NCBI GenBank assembly: GCA_964016885.1
Contig: OZ024746.1
Coordinates: forward strand, 102,512,288 to 102,576,287
Direction: 5' to 3'
Origin: Eledone cirrhosa
Taxonomy: Eukaryota
Length of the DNA: 64,000 nt
Part shown: positions 38,810-52,600 of the stretch, piece after piece
Layout: every line of letters begins with the position of its first letter
Position numbering within the stretch: position 1 is the stretch's first letter
Notes under the pieces: model-generated
The model's input: the letters and a program-made list of their open reading frames with translations, nothing else
Database searches by the model: none
Told to the model about the DNA's origin: nothing
Program-made: the position numbers and the translations under genes

Positions 38810-39780
38810 CGGTTTTAAATTCCTGTTATTGCCTGCAGGACTATGATAAAAAGGAGAGGGCTAAGAACAGCCCTGGTGTACACGGACCTGCATGCTAAAT
38901 TCCTCGCTCTAATCATTGATAACCCTAACTTTGCTGATTGTTTCTTTATACATGGCTTGTACAGCCCTCATAAGCCATTCATCTACTTTTAATTTTCCAA
39001 GAGCCGACCGTATTATAGCATGGTGGACTCTGTCGAAGGCTTTTTCCATTTCGACAAATGCCAGGTAGAGTGGCTTACTTTTAGCTAGGTACTAATCAAC
39101 TGTGCTATAACTCTTTACGTTACTTTCATGATCTGGTCCATCAGCTTTATACCTCTCTAGTTTCCTCTATCTAGTGCATCACCTTTACCTTTGTATCAGT
39201 TGACCATGATGCTGCTGCACGAATCGTTTAGTATTATCTAGTTAACATTACTTGTGGTTATGGTCTGATCTACTGACCCAGATGCCTTGAGCATCTCGGC
39301 AACTATACCCGATGGACCGGTTGCCTTCCCCGTCTTCATATCTTTGATTGCCATACTATATTGCTGCTGACTTGTTCTGCTAGCCCCTCTATAGGGTTCA
39401 CTTTGGGTATGGTATCTTTTTCCCATACATTCTCCTCATTTAGTAATCTTTCATACTGGCTCTTCCATGCATCTCCTCAGAAATTGTGAGTGCAATCTGA
39501 CCTTTATCATTCTGGATACACTTTTGTCCAATGACATCACAATTCTCTCTGACACACTGCCTCGTAATCTCGAACACCTGTTTCTGTTCCTCGTGTTGCA
39601 AAAGATGCTTGAAATTCCTATCCTCTACCTCCCTTCTAGCTAAGTATACTTGTCGCCTAGCTTCGCTCCTGGTCTCTATGTAATGTGCCCTGTTTTTCCA
39701 TTCTTTCCATGCCTGTCTCTTAGCCTTAATTGCCTCATCTACCATATTGTTCTACCACCAAGTGACTCTCCTAATCCATG
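38810..39780 (-). mobile_element. RTE LINE linker and RT fragment, repeated in each array unit
   Basis: VDEAIKAKRQAWKEWK; AIKDMKTGKATGPSGIVAEMLKA; LYLAFVEMEKAFDRV; QGCS*PSPF. Confidence 0.9.
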
Positions 39781-40419
39781 TATATATCTTTTTATCATTA
39801 TCCTTTTCTCAAATATACACACATGCAAATATTATGCATGGATATGTTAACTGGTAGCTGGAGAGTGAGAATAATATAGATGATAAAAATCTATCTTCAG
39901 CAACAAGTGCTATATTGTCTCCCATGTTGAAAGATATTATTTTACAATATAAGAACTTGAAACTAAGACTAACTGATGTATAGAATAGAAAGACCTAGAT
40001 GTGAAAAGAAGTGGAAATTGTGCAGATTGAAGATTGAAGATTTGACCGATGTGAAGAAACTGGAAAGATGTTTCGAAAAGAGTGAAGAATGCAGTCCGTA
40101 GGAAAGACACCCCCGAGAGTGAACATTTGAAGCTAGAGCAAGGTTTTAAGAGTTAGAAAGAGTAGTTGTTGATTGTTCCTGTGAAAAGCAATGAAGTGCA
40201 AGCATAACAGACGAGACAAGAATGCAGACCCAGCAGTCGGAGATAAGCAGCGAAGCAGAGGCCAATATAATATTAAATATTAGAGAATCAGTTTGTTCTT
40301 ATTTCATGTTTTATTGCGAAATGGTATTGTTGAAAGCTAAAGACAATATAGCGTTTGTTGAAGATGATGTATACTTTCTATGCAGAAATAAGGAAACATT
40401 TGCAGTCATCTTCATAATC

Positions 40420-41230
40420 ATACGTTCGCTTTCAAGTGTGGGACATGTACTATTGAGCACCGCCTCTCCACTTATACCGGTCGTTGGTCACCTCGTTGGT
40501 GATTGTTAGCGATTTGAGGTCTGCTTTCACCACCCGTCTGTTTTTCTTAGTCTTCCTTCTACTGGAATTACTTGGCACATGTTTACCCAGCAAACCATCT
40601 TATTCTTCTCTCCTGCACATAACTCATACCCATTTTCTCTCTCAACTCATCTCTGCTCGGTCGTCGGAGCATGCTTCCTTCATTTCTTTGCCAGCCTTGG
40701 CATATTCTCTGCAATTGCTGGCCATGTCTCACTTCTTCCAACCCATCCTTATTGTAGATATTATGGCCTCGTAGTAGCCTCCTCTCTTTCTAATCTGCTC
40801 ATCTGTATAGAACCCACCTTCATTTGAAAACTGTTTCTATCACTGTCACTTCTACTGTGAAATTTCTCTGTACATGTAGTTTTCACTACCTGTTTGCTTG
40901 CTATCCCACTACATATGTTGAGTACCCCAGATGTGCATTGTGTATATTTTATAGAATTTATCCCAACTCCTTTTCAACATAGGGAGCATGTCCTCTTTTC
41001 TATGTTTTTATTCTGTCCTCTTGCTTCCAACTACTGTTTCCATAGACAGCATTTCTTCTTTAGCTTCTTTACTGATTCTGCTATAAGAACCAGATCGTCA
41101 TGGACAGCTAGTTTTAAACGCATCTGTTACTGACAGCACCTCTGTACAAAGCCTGCACTGCCCTCACAAGACATTCCCCAACACCTAGTTTGGTTAGGCA
41201 CCACCAGATGACAGATCATGGTACCCTACC
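40420..41230 (-). mobile_element. RTE LINE 3' fragment, repeated in each array unit
   Basis: Similar to 545-980 (tctgct.tcaccacc, tttctctctcaactc, ggagc.tgct); ends in a (gat)-rich tail on the minus strand. Confidence 0.8.
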
Positions 41231-41354
41231 AAAGGAGTTGTCTGTCAACAAAATTAATTGCTAAGATGGATTACATTGCCACCGGTTATATTTTATATAT
41301 TTCCTAAGACTCGTTTGATTAAAAAGCTTTTACTGACATTATTAGTTGTAGCTA

Positions 41355-41540
41355 GGCGGTGGGTTGGCAGTATCGGTGGAGGGTCGGACGCCATGCTTTG
41401 ACTTAAAGAGTTACGTCCCTTTACGATCTGAGTTCAAATCCCGCCGAGGTTAACTTTGCCTTTCATCCTTACGGGGTGGATAAAATAAAGTACCAGTAAT
41501 GTACTGGGTTATTGCCGGCCTTGTGCCAAAAGTAGAAACA
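41355..41540 (+). mobile_element. Full-length tRNA-type SINE with 17-bp TSD
   Basis: attattagttgtagcta at 41338-41354 and 41541-41557; A box ttggcagtatcgg, B box gagttcaaatccc. Confidence 0.93.
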
Positions 41541-44500
41541 ATTATTAGTTGTAGCTATAAGTTTAGCTAGATTGCCAGCGTTGAAATAGTATATGTCTAT
41601 GTATGTATACACGTACACATGTTATTATGTATAGTGTTTTTGTGTTTATACGTCTACAAATGTTTATGCCATATTTCAATTAGCAAAGGGAGTTTTACTC
41701 TTGGATATTTTAATAAAATTACGAGTTCTTTCCCCTCTTAGCAGGAAATTTAGTTGTTTGATAAAACTCAATATTCAAGGCTGGTTGTCTCGGTCAGTGG
41801 TAAGCGTCTGTTGAAGACTAGACATCGAAATTACGATATACAAGTACACGCATGGATATGTTGCCAAGGAGCTGTCGAGTGATTATAATGTAGATAAGCA
41901 AAATCTATGAACACTCGCTATATTATCTCGCACTTTTATGGATATGTTTTTGCAATACAAGAATAGGAAACGAAGAAAAACTAATTCACTGAATACAGTG
42001 TGATGCAGGCAAAAGATGTTGAAATTGTGCCGAATTAAGATTGAAAATTTGACCGATGTGAAAGAAGCTGTGGAAAATTTGCATGATGTAATGAAGAATG
42101 CATTGGTTAGAAAAGACATCCCCGAGAATAAACAGAAAGAGTAGTTGCGGATTGTTCCAGTGAAAATCAATGAAGTGCAAGCATAACAGATGAGAGAAGC
42201 ATGCAGGCCCAGCAGTTCGAGTTAGCTGCCAAGGAGATGCCAATATAATATAAAATATTAATGGAATCAGATAGTTTATTGATTCCCTGTTTTATTGCAA
42301 AAGCGAATCCTTTAAAGTGCGAGACAATATAGTGTTTGTCGTTGATGTATTTTTATCTATATTACTCTGCGTAAATACGGAAAAATTTATGAGATGCCCG
42401 ACCCTACATAAGCCCACAAACAGACATTCAACAGTAAATATTTAATTGTCCTTTGTTTAAAAAGAAATTTTTTTTTCTTAATATAATTGTTTATCTGCTG
42501 GATTGGTCATTGACCATTTTAGTAGGAGAGGGGATTTTGTTAGTGGTGCGTTACCTTCGCTGACTTAACTCTGAGAAAGAAAAGCAATTATATTTTTCTT
42601 TAACTGTATTTAGCCACTGAACAATGGGTGTAGCTCCTTGGAGCAATCCAAGCAGTAACTCGAAGAACCATCGGGTGTAATGACTTTGGCTTTAGTGTTC
42701 GTGTAGAGCAGTGATACTTTTGTATTCCACAAAAATCTTGATCAGGCAGTGACGATAGTCAGAATTATAGGCAATTTGCTTTAGCTCCCTCAAATATCTT
42801 CTTCAGCATCAGGATGTGACCGTTGGTTGATCTCTATCTGTGAAGCTGTTCTGGTTGTTTGAGCTTTTTGTCCATGCAGGGCTGGATTCTCTTTAGAATC
42901 ATCCTGTTGAGGGTCTTTGCCACAAGTGAGGTCCCCCTGTAGTTGTTTCTGTTAGAGAGATCTGCCTTCTTTGGCAGTGGCACGAAGTTATTGATCGTCC
43001 ACTTGTTCAGGGCAACTCGTTTCTCCAGTCCCTTTTTACAGATCTCCAAGATATGAAAATCACAACTCTACATGACCTGATGCCACTCGATTTTCTCCAT
43101 GGGCCTTGCCCTCCTTTATCTTCTTTTTTTGCTCTCTGAAGCTCCTCTCTGGCAAAGGGTCCTGTCTCAATATCCAGTTATTGTAACAGCCACCTGATCT
43201 GCCCAGTGTTCTTGTCTGTGGAGGGCATCTCATAGTTGTGTTCTAAAATGGTTCAGCCATTTCCTTTTTCCTATCCTCTGGATCTGTTTCCTTGATCTGA
43301 CCTTTCCTCCATGTGATCTCGTTGATCATCCAACTGTCAACCGTTCTCTTAACACTTTAGTGCCTCCTCTCTGGCGTCAGTGTAAGCGGTACAGAGTGCT
43401 TCCCTCATCACCTCCACTGTGTTCATCCTCTCCATAGGATCAGCACATAAATTGGTCCTTGGCAGGCTGCACACACTTTCTGGTCTGCAGAACTGACATG
43501 CTTCCTCTTCTTTCTCCTCAGCATCAGTGTCTCACTTGCTTCTGCTACTGCATTGTTCAAGTAGCCGTACCTCTTTGTTAAACTCTCCACACAGAGCACT
43601 GAACCTGTTGCTCACTTCTCCTGTGAACCTCTTCTGTAGCTTATGTTCATTGAAAGTTCCCCAGTCATAGATTATACTGTTGGTGTAGCCTTGCTCTTTC
43701 TTAAGCTCACTCGGACCTCACTCATAACAAGCATGTGTCCACTGTCACAGTGTACTGAAATAGTTGTATGGTTCTGTGTTGAGAACACTATTGCGCTGCT
43801 TTTTCCTCACCAGAAAGAAATCAATCTAGGTCTTGGTCCACATCTTTTCTGGATTCTCCCTTAACGTTAGGTTGGTTGCCATCAAGTTTGCACTGGCAGG
43901 ACACGGACCTGCATGCTAAATTACTCGCTCTAGTCATTGATAACCCTAACTTTGCTGATTGTTTCTTTATACATGGCTTGGTACAGCCCTCATAAGCTAT
44001 TCATCTACTTCAAATTTTCTAAGAGCTCACCAGATTATAGCATGGTGGACTCTGTCGAAGGCCTTTTCCATTTCGACAAATGCCAGGTAGAGTTGCTTAC
44101 TTTTAGCTAGGTACTTTTCCTGTAACTGCGTCACAAAAGTGAGGACATGAGTGGTGCCTTTTCCTGGTACAAAGCACAATTGCATATCATGTAGTTTCAC
44201 CGTGTTCCTAATCAACTGTGCTCTAACTCTGTTACTTTCATGACCTGGTCCATCAGCTTTATACCTCTCTAGTTTCCTCTATCTAGTGCATCACCTTTAC
44301 CTTTGTATCAGTTGACCATGATGCTGCTGCACGAATCGTTTAGTATTATCTAGTTAACATTACTTGTGTTTATGGTCTGATCTACCGACCCAGATGCCTT
44401 GAGCATCTCGGCAGCTATACCCGATGGACCGGTTGCCTTCCCCGTCTTCATATCTATGATTGCCATACTACATTGCTGCTGACTTGTTCTGCTAGCCCCT

Positions 44501-46427
44501 CTATAGGGTTCACTTTGGGTATGGTATCTTTTTCCCATACATTCTCCTCATTTAGTAATCTTTCATACTGGCTCTTCCACGCATCTTCTCAGCACTTGTG
44601 AGTGCAAGCTGACCTTTATCATTCTGGATACACTTTTGTCCAATGACATCACAATTCACTCTGGAACACCTGTTTCTTTTCCTCGTGTTGCAAAACATGC
44701 TTGAATTTCCTATCCTCTACCTTCCTTCTAGCTAAGTATACTTGTCGCCTAGCTTTGCTCCTGGTCTCTCTGTAATGTGCCCTGTTTTTCCATTCTTTCC
44801 ATGCTTGTCTCTTAGCCTTAACTGCCTCATCTACCATATTGTTCTACCACCAAGTCACTCTCCTCATCCATGTATATATCTTTTTATCATCTTTTTCTCA
44901 AATATCCACACATAACGACACACAGGCAAATCTTATGCATGGATATGTTAACTGGTAGCTGGAGAGAGAATAATATAGATAAGTCTATCTTCAGCAACAA
45001 GTGCTATATTGTCTCCCATGTTGAAAGATATTATTTTACAATATAAGAACTTGAAACTAAGACTAACTGATGTATAGAATAGAAAGACCTAGATGTGAAA
45101 AGAAGTGGAAATTGTGCAGATTGAAGATTGAAGATTTGACCCGATGTGAAGAAACTGGAAAGATGTGTCGAAAAGAGTGAAGAATGCAGTCCGTAGGAAA
45201 GACACCCCCGAGAGTGAACATTTGAAGCTAGAGCAAGGTTTTAAGAGTTAGAAAGAGTAGTTGTTGATTGTTCCTGTGAAAAGCAACGAAGTGCAAGCAT
45301 AACAGACGAGACAAGAATGCAGGCGCAGCAGTCGGAGTTAAGCAGCGAAGCAGATGCCAATATATTATTAAATATTAGAGAATCAGTTTGTTCTTATTTC
45401 ATATTTTATTGCTAAATGGTATTGTTGAAAGCTAAAGACAATATAGTGTTTGTTGATGATCTACTTTGTTTATGTATATTACTTTTTATGCAGAAATAAG
45501 GAAACATTTGCACAGTCATCATCATCATACGTTCGCTTTCAAGTGTGGGACATGTACTATTGGGCACCGCCTCTCTCGGCTTATACTGGTCGTTGGTCAC
45601 CACGTTGGTGATCGTTAGACGGGGGTGGTGAGAGCAGACCTCAAATCGCTATGTTTTTCCTAGTCTTCCTTTACTGCGTCTTCCTTCTACTGGCATTTCT
45701 TGGCACATGTTTCCCCAGCAAACCATCTTATTCTTCTCTCCAGCACTCCACAACTCATACCCATTTTCTCTCTCAACTCATCTCTGCTCGATGGTTGACG
45801 AACATCTAACGGAGCATGCTTCCTTCATTTCTTTGCCAGCCTTGGCATATTCTCTGGAATTGCTGGCCATGTCTCACTTCTTCCAACTCATCTTTATTGC
45901 AGATACTGTGGCCTCGTAGTAGACTCCTCTCTTTCTAATCTGCTCATCTATGTAGCGGAAGGTACGAACCACTTGTATAGAACCCACCTTCATTTGAAAA
46001 CTGTTTCTATCACTGGTACTTCTACTGTGAAATTTCTCTGTACAGGTAGTTTTAACTACCTGTTTGCTTGCTATCCCACTACATATGTTGAGTACCCCAG
46101 ATGTGGTGCATTGCGTATATTTTATAGAATTTATCTGGCTGTCCATGACGATCTGGTTCTTATAGCAGTTTTAAACGCATCTGTTACTGACAGCACCTCT
46201 GTACAAAGCCTGCACTGCCCTCACAAGACATTCCCCAACACCTAGTTTGGTTAGGCACCACCAGATGACAGATCATGGTACCCTACCAAAGGACTTGTCT
46301 GTCAACAAAATTAATTTAATTGCTAAGATGGATTACATTGCCACCGGTTATATTTTATATATTTCCTAAGACTCTTTTGATTAAAAAGCTTAATTTTTAT
46401 TTTTACTGACATTATTAGTTGTAGCTA

Positions 46428-46613
46428 GGCGGTGGGTTGGCAGTATCGGTGGAGGGTCGGACGCCATGCTTTGACGCAAAGAATTACGTCCCTTTACGAT
46501 CCGAGTCCAAATCCCGTCGAGGTTAACTTTGCCCTTCATCCTTACGGGGTGGATAAAATAAAGTACCAGTAATGTACTGGTTAATTGCTGGCCTTGTGCC
46601 AAAAGTAGAAACA
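46428..46613 (+). mobile_element. Same SINE insertion duplicated with the array unit
   Basis: Same 17-bp TSD at 46411-46427 and 46614-46630. Confidence 0.93.
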
Positions 46614-49600
46614 ATTATTAGTTGTAGCTATAAGTTTAGCTAGATTGCCAGCGTTGAAATAGTATATGTCTATGTATGTATACACGTACACATGTTATTA
46701 TGTATAGTGTTTTTGTGTTTATACGTCTACAAATGTTTATGCCATATTTCAATTAGGAAAGGGAGTTTACTCTTGGATATTTTAATAAAATTACGAGTTG
46801 TTTCCCCTCTTAGCAGGAAATTTAGTTATTTGATAAAACTCAATTGTCAAGGCTGGTTGTCTCGGTCAGTGCTAAGTGTCTGGTGATTGTTGCAGTGAAA
46901 ATCAATGAAGTACAAGCATAACAGACGAGAGAGAAGAATGCAGACCCAGCAGTTTGAGTTCGCTGCCAAGCAGATGCCAATATAATATAAAATATTATTG
47001 AATCGGATAGTTTATTGATTCCCTGTTTTATTGCAAAAGCGAATTCTTTAAAGTGCGAGACTATAGTGTTTGTCGTTGATGTATTTTTATCTATATTACT
47101 CTGCGTAAATACTGAATTTATGAGATGCCCGACCCTACATAAGCCCACAAACAGGCCTTCAACAGTAAAAATTGTCCTTTGTTAAAAAGAAGTTTTTTTC
47201 TTAATATAATTACGTTTATCTGCTGGATTGGTTATTGACCATTTTTGTAGGAGGGGATTTTGTTAGTGGTGCGTTACCTTCGCTGACTTAACTCTGAGAA
47301 AGAAAAGCAATTATATTTTTCTTTAACTGTATTTAGCCACTGAACAATGGGTGTAGCTCCTTGGAGCACTCGGGTGTAATGACTTTGGCTTTAGTGTTCG
47401 TGTAGAGCAGTGATACTTTTGTATTCCACAAAAATCTTGATCAGGCAGTGACGATAGTCAGAATTATAGGCAATTTGCTTTAGCTCCTTCAAATATCTTC
47501 ATCAGGATGTGACCGTTGGTTGATCTTTATCTGTGAAGCTGTTGTGGTTGTTTGAGCTTTTTGTCCATGTAGGGCTGGATTCTCTTAAGAATCACACCCT
47601 GTTGAGGGTCTTTGCCACAAGAGAGGTCCCCCTGTAGTTGGTGTTAGAGAGATCTGCCTTCTTTGGCAGTGGCACGAAGTTACTGATCATCCACTGGTTC
47701 AGGGCAACTCGTTTCTCCAGAACTGAAAATCACAACTCTACATGACCTGTAGCCACTCGATTTTCTCCATGGGCCTTGCCCTCCTTTATCTTTTTTTGCT
47801 CTCTGAAGCTCCTCTGGCAAAGGGTCCTGTCTCAATATGCAGTTTTTGTAACGGCCACCTGATCTGCCCAGTGTTCTTGGCTGTGGAGGGCATTTCATAG
47901 TTGTCTACTAAAATGGTCTAGACTATAATCTGACATCCGGTTTTAAATTCTTGTTATTGCCTGCAGGACTATGATAAAAAGGAGAGGGCTAAGAACAGCC
48001 CTGGTGTACACCGACCTGCATGCTAAATTCCTCGCTCTAGTCATTGATAACTGCTGATTGTTTCTTTATACATGGCTTGTACAGCCCTCATAAGCTATTC
48101 ATCTACTTCAAATTTTCTAAGAGCCCACCAGATTATAGCATGGTGGACTCTGTCGAAGGCTTTTTCAATTTCGACAAATGCCAGGTAGAGCGGCTTACTT
48201 TTAGCTAGGTACTTTTCCTGTAACTGCCTCACAAAGGTGAGGACATGGATGGTGCCTTTTCCTGGTACAAAGCCCAATTGCATATCATGTAGTTTCACCC
48301 TGTTCCTAATCAACTCTTTGTTACTTTCATGACCTGGTCCATCAGCTTTATACCTCTAGTTTCCTCTATCTAGTGCATCACTTTTACCTTTGTATCAGTT
48401 GACCATGATGCTGCTGCACGAATCGTTTGGTACGACGCCCTTTAGTATTACCTAGTTAACAATACGTGTGGTTATGGTCTGATCTACCGACCCAGATGCC
48501 TTGAGCATCTCGGCAGCTATACCCGATAGACTGGTTGCCTTCCCCGTCTTCATATCTTTGATTGCCATACTACATTGCTGCTGACTTGTTCTGCTAGCCC
48601 CTCTATAGGGTTCACTTTGGGTATGGTATCTTTTTCCCATACATTCTCCTCATTTAGTAATATTTCATACTGGCTCTTCCACGCATCTTCTCAGCACTTG
48701 TGAGTGCAAGCTGACTTTTATCATTCTGGATACACTTTTGTCCAATGACATCACAATTCTCTCTGAAACACTGCCTCGTAATCTGGAACAACTGTTTCTG
48801 TTCCTCGTGTTGCAAAACATGCTTGAATTTCCTATCCTCTGCCTCCCTTCTAGCTAAGTATACTTGTCGCCTAGCTTCGCTCCTGGTCTCTATGTAATGT
48901 GCCCTGTTTTTCCATTCTTTCCATGCCTGTCTCTTAGCCTTAACTGGCTCATCTACAATATTGTTCTACCACCAAGTCACTCTCCTCATCCATGTATATA
49001 TCTTTTTATCATCTTTTTCTCAAATATCCACACATGACGACACACATGCAAATATTATGCATGGATATGTTAACTGGTAGCTGGAGAGTGAGAATAATAT
49101 AGATGATAAAAATCTATCTTCAGCAACAAGTGCTATATTGTCTCCCATGTTGAAAGATATTATTTTACAATATAAGAACTTGAAACTAAGACTAACTGAT
49201 GTATAGAATAGAAAGACCTAGATGTGAAAAGAAGTGGAAATTGTGCAGATTGAAGATTGAAGATTTGACCGATGTGAAGAAACTGGAAAGATGTGTCGAA
49301 AAGCGTGAAGAATGCAGACCGTAGGAAAGACATCCCCGAGAGTGAACATTTGAAGCTAGAGCAAGGTTTTAAGAGTTAGAAAGAGTAGTTGTTGATTGTT
49401 CCTTTGAAAAGCAATGAAGTGGAAGCATAACAGACAAGAATGCAGACCCAGCAGTCGGAGTTAAGCAGCGAAGCAGATGCCAATATAATATTAAATATTA
49501 GAGAATCAGTTTGTTCTTATTTCATGTTTTATTGCGAAATGGTATTGTTGAAAGCTAAAGACAATATAGCGTTTGTTGAAGATGATGTATATTACTTTCT

Positions 49601-52600
49601 ATGCAGAAATAAGGAAACATTTGCAGTCATCATCATCATACGTTCGCTCTCAAGTGTGGGACATGTACTATTGAGCACTGCCTCTTTCGGCTTATACCGG
49701 TCGTTGTTCACCTCGTTGGTGATTGTTAGCGATTTGAGGTCTGCTCTCACCACCCTGTCTATGTTTTTCCTAGTCTGTCTTCTACTCGAATTACTTGGCA
49801 CTTGTTTACCCAGCAAACCATCTTATACTTTTCTCCTGCACACAACTCATACCCATTTTCTCTCTCAACTCATCTCTGCTCGGTCGTCGGAGCATGCTTC
49901 CTTCATTTCTTTGCCAGCCTTGGCATATTCTCTGCAATTGCTGGCCATGTCTCACTTCTTCCAACCCATCCTTATTGTAGATATTATGGCCTCGTAGTAG
50001 CCTCCTCTCTTTCTAATCTGCTCATCTGTATAGAACCCACCTTCATTTGAAAACTGTTTCTATCACTGTCACTTCTACTGTGAAATTTCTCTGTACATGT
50101 AGTTTTCACTACCTGTTTGCTTGCTATCCCACTACATATGTTGAGTACCCCACATGTGCATAGTGTATATTTTATAGAATTTATCCCAACTATTTTTCAA
50201 CATAGGGAGCATGTCCTCTTTTCTATGTTTTTATTCTGTCCTCTTGCTTCCAACTACTGTTTCCATAGACAGCATTTCTTCTTTAGCTTCTTTACTGATT
50301 CTGCTATAAGAACCAGATCGTCATGGACAGCTAGTTTTAAACGCATCTGTTACTGACAGCACCTCTGTACAAAGCCTGCACTGCCCTCACAAGACATTCC
50401 CCAACACCTAGTTTGGTTAGGCACCACCAGATGACAGATCATGGTACCCTACCAAAGGAGTTGTCTGTCAACAAAATTAATTGCTAAGATGGTTATATTT
50501 TATATATTTCCTAAGACTCGTTTGATTAAAAAGCTTAATTTTTATTTCTTTTTACTATTAGTTGTAGCTCTTATAAGTTTAGCTAGATTGCTAGCGTTGA
50601 AATAGTTGCGCTTTAGTTGTGATGTAGGTGTTGCAAGTTCCGGCTGTAAGTCGTGGGGGTGTAGTATATTGTCATGTATGTGTACATATGTCTGTGTATG
50701 TATACACGTACACATGTGTGTAGTGTTTTTGTGTTTATACGTCTACAAATGTATATGCAATATTTCAATTAGCAAAGGGAGATTACTGTTTGAATTTTTT
50801 AATAAAAATAAGAGTTGTTTCCCCTGTTAGCAGGAAATTTAGTTGTTTGATAAAACTGAATTGTCAAGGCTGGTTGTCTCGGTCAGTGCTAAGTGTCTGC
50901 TGAAGACTAGACATCTAAATTACGATATATAAGTACACACATCCATGCATGGATATGTTGCCAAGGAGCTGTCGAGTGATTATAATGTAGATAAGCAAAA
51001 TCTATGAACACTCGCTATATTATCTCGCACTTTTATGGATATGTTTTTGCAATATAAGAATAGGAAACGAAGAAAAACTAATTGACTGAATACTGTGTGA
51101 TGCAGGCAAAAGATGTTGAAATTGTGCCGAATTAAGATTGAAAATTTGACCGTTGTGGAGCAGCTGTAGAAAATTTGCATGATGTAGTGAAGAATGCAGT
51201 GGGTAGAAAAGACATCCCCGAGAATAAACAAGAGTAATTGGTGATTGTTGCAGTGAAAATCAATGAAGTACAAGCATAACAGACGAGACAGAAGAATGCA
51301 GGCCCAGCAGTTGGAGTTCGCTGCCAATATAATATAAAATATTATTGAATCAGATAGTTTATTGATTCCCTGTTCTATTGCAAAAGCGAATCCTTTAAAG
51401 TGCGAGACTATAGTGTTTGTCGTTGATGTATTTTTATCTATATTACTCTGCGTAAATACTGAATTTATGAGATGCCCGACCCTACATAAGCCCACAAACA
51501 GACATTCAACAGTAAATATTTAATTGTCCTTTGTTTAAAAAGAAATTTTTTTTTCTTAATATAATTACGTTTATCTGCTGGATTGGTTATTGACCATTTT
51601 TGTAGGAGGGGATTTTGTTAGTGGTGTGTTACCTTCGCTGACTTAACTCTCTGAGAAAGAAGAGCAATTTTGATATTTTTCTTTGACTGTATTTAGCCAC
51701 TGAAGAATGGGTGTAGCTCCTTGGAGCAATCCAAGCAGTAACTCGAAGAACCATCGGGTGTAATGACTTTGGCTTTAGTGTTCGTGTAGAGCAGTGATAC
51801 TTTTGTATTCCACAAAAATCTTGATCAGGCAGTGACGATCGTCAGAATTATAGGCAATTTGCTCAAATATCTTCATCAAGATGTGACCGTTGGTTGATCT
51901 TTATCTCTGAAGCTGTTGTGGTTGTTTGAGCTTTTTGTCCATGTAGGGCTGGATTCTCTTAAGAATCACACCCTGTTGAGGGTCTTTGCCACAAGTGAGG
52001 TTCCCCTGTAGTTGGTGTTAGAGAGATCTGCCTTCTTTGGCAGTGGCACGAAGTTACTGATCGTCCACTGGTTCAGGGCAACTCGTTTCTCCAGAACTGA
52101 AAATCACAACTCTTACATGACCTGTAGCCACTCGATTTTCTCCATGGGCCTTGCCCTCCATTATCTTCTTTTTTTGCTCTCTGAAGCTCCTCTCTGGCAA
52201 AGGGTCCTGTCTCAATATGCAGTTTTTGTAACAGCCACCTGATCTGCCCAGTGTTCTTGGCTGTGGAGGGCATCTCATAGTTGTGTTCTAAAATGGTCCA
52301 GCCATTTCCTTTTTCCTATCCTCTGGATCTGTTTCCTTGATCTGACTCTTCCTCCATGTGATCTCGTTGATCATCCAACTGTCAACCGTTCTCTTAACAC
52401 TTTAGTGCCTCCTCTCTGGCGTCAGTGTAAGCGGTACAGAGTGCTTCCCTCATCACCTCCACTGTGTCCATCCTCTCCATAGGATCAGCACAGAATTGGT
52501 CCTTGGCAGGCTGCACACACCTTTGGGTCTGCAGAACTGACATGCTTCCTCTTCTTTCTCCTCAGCATCAGTGTCTCACTTGCTACTGCATTGTTCAAGT

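Noticed and set aside
50895-50930. ctgaagactagacatc[g/t]aaa as a hammerhead core in the array units
   Set aside because: No stem II or III pairing, and the core is not conserved between units.
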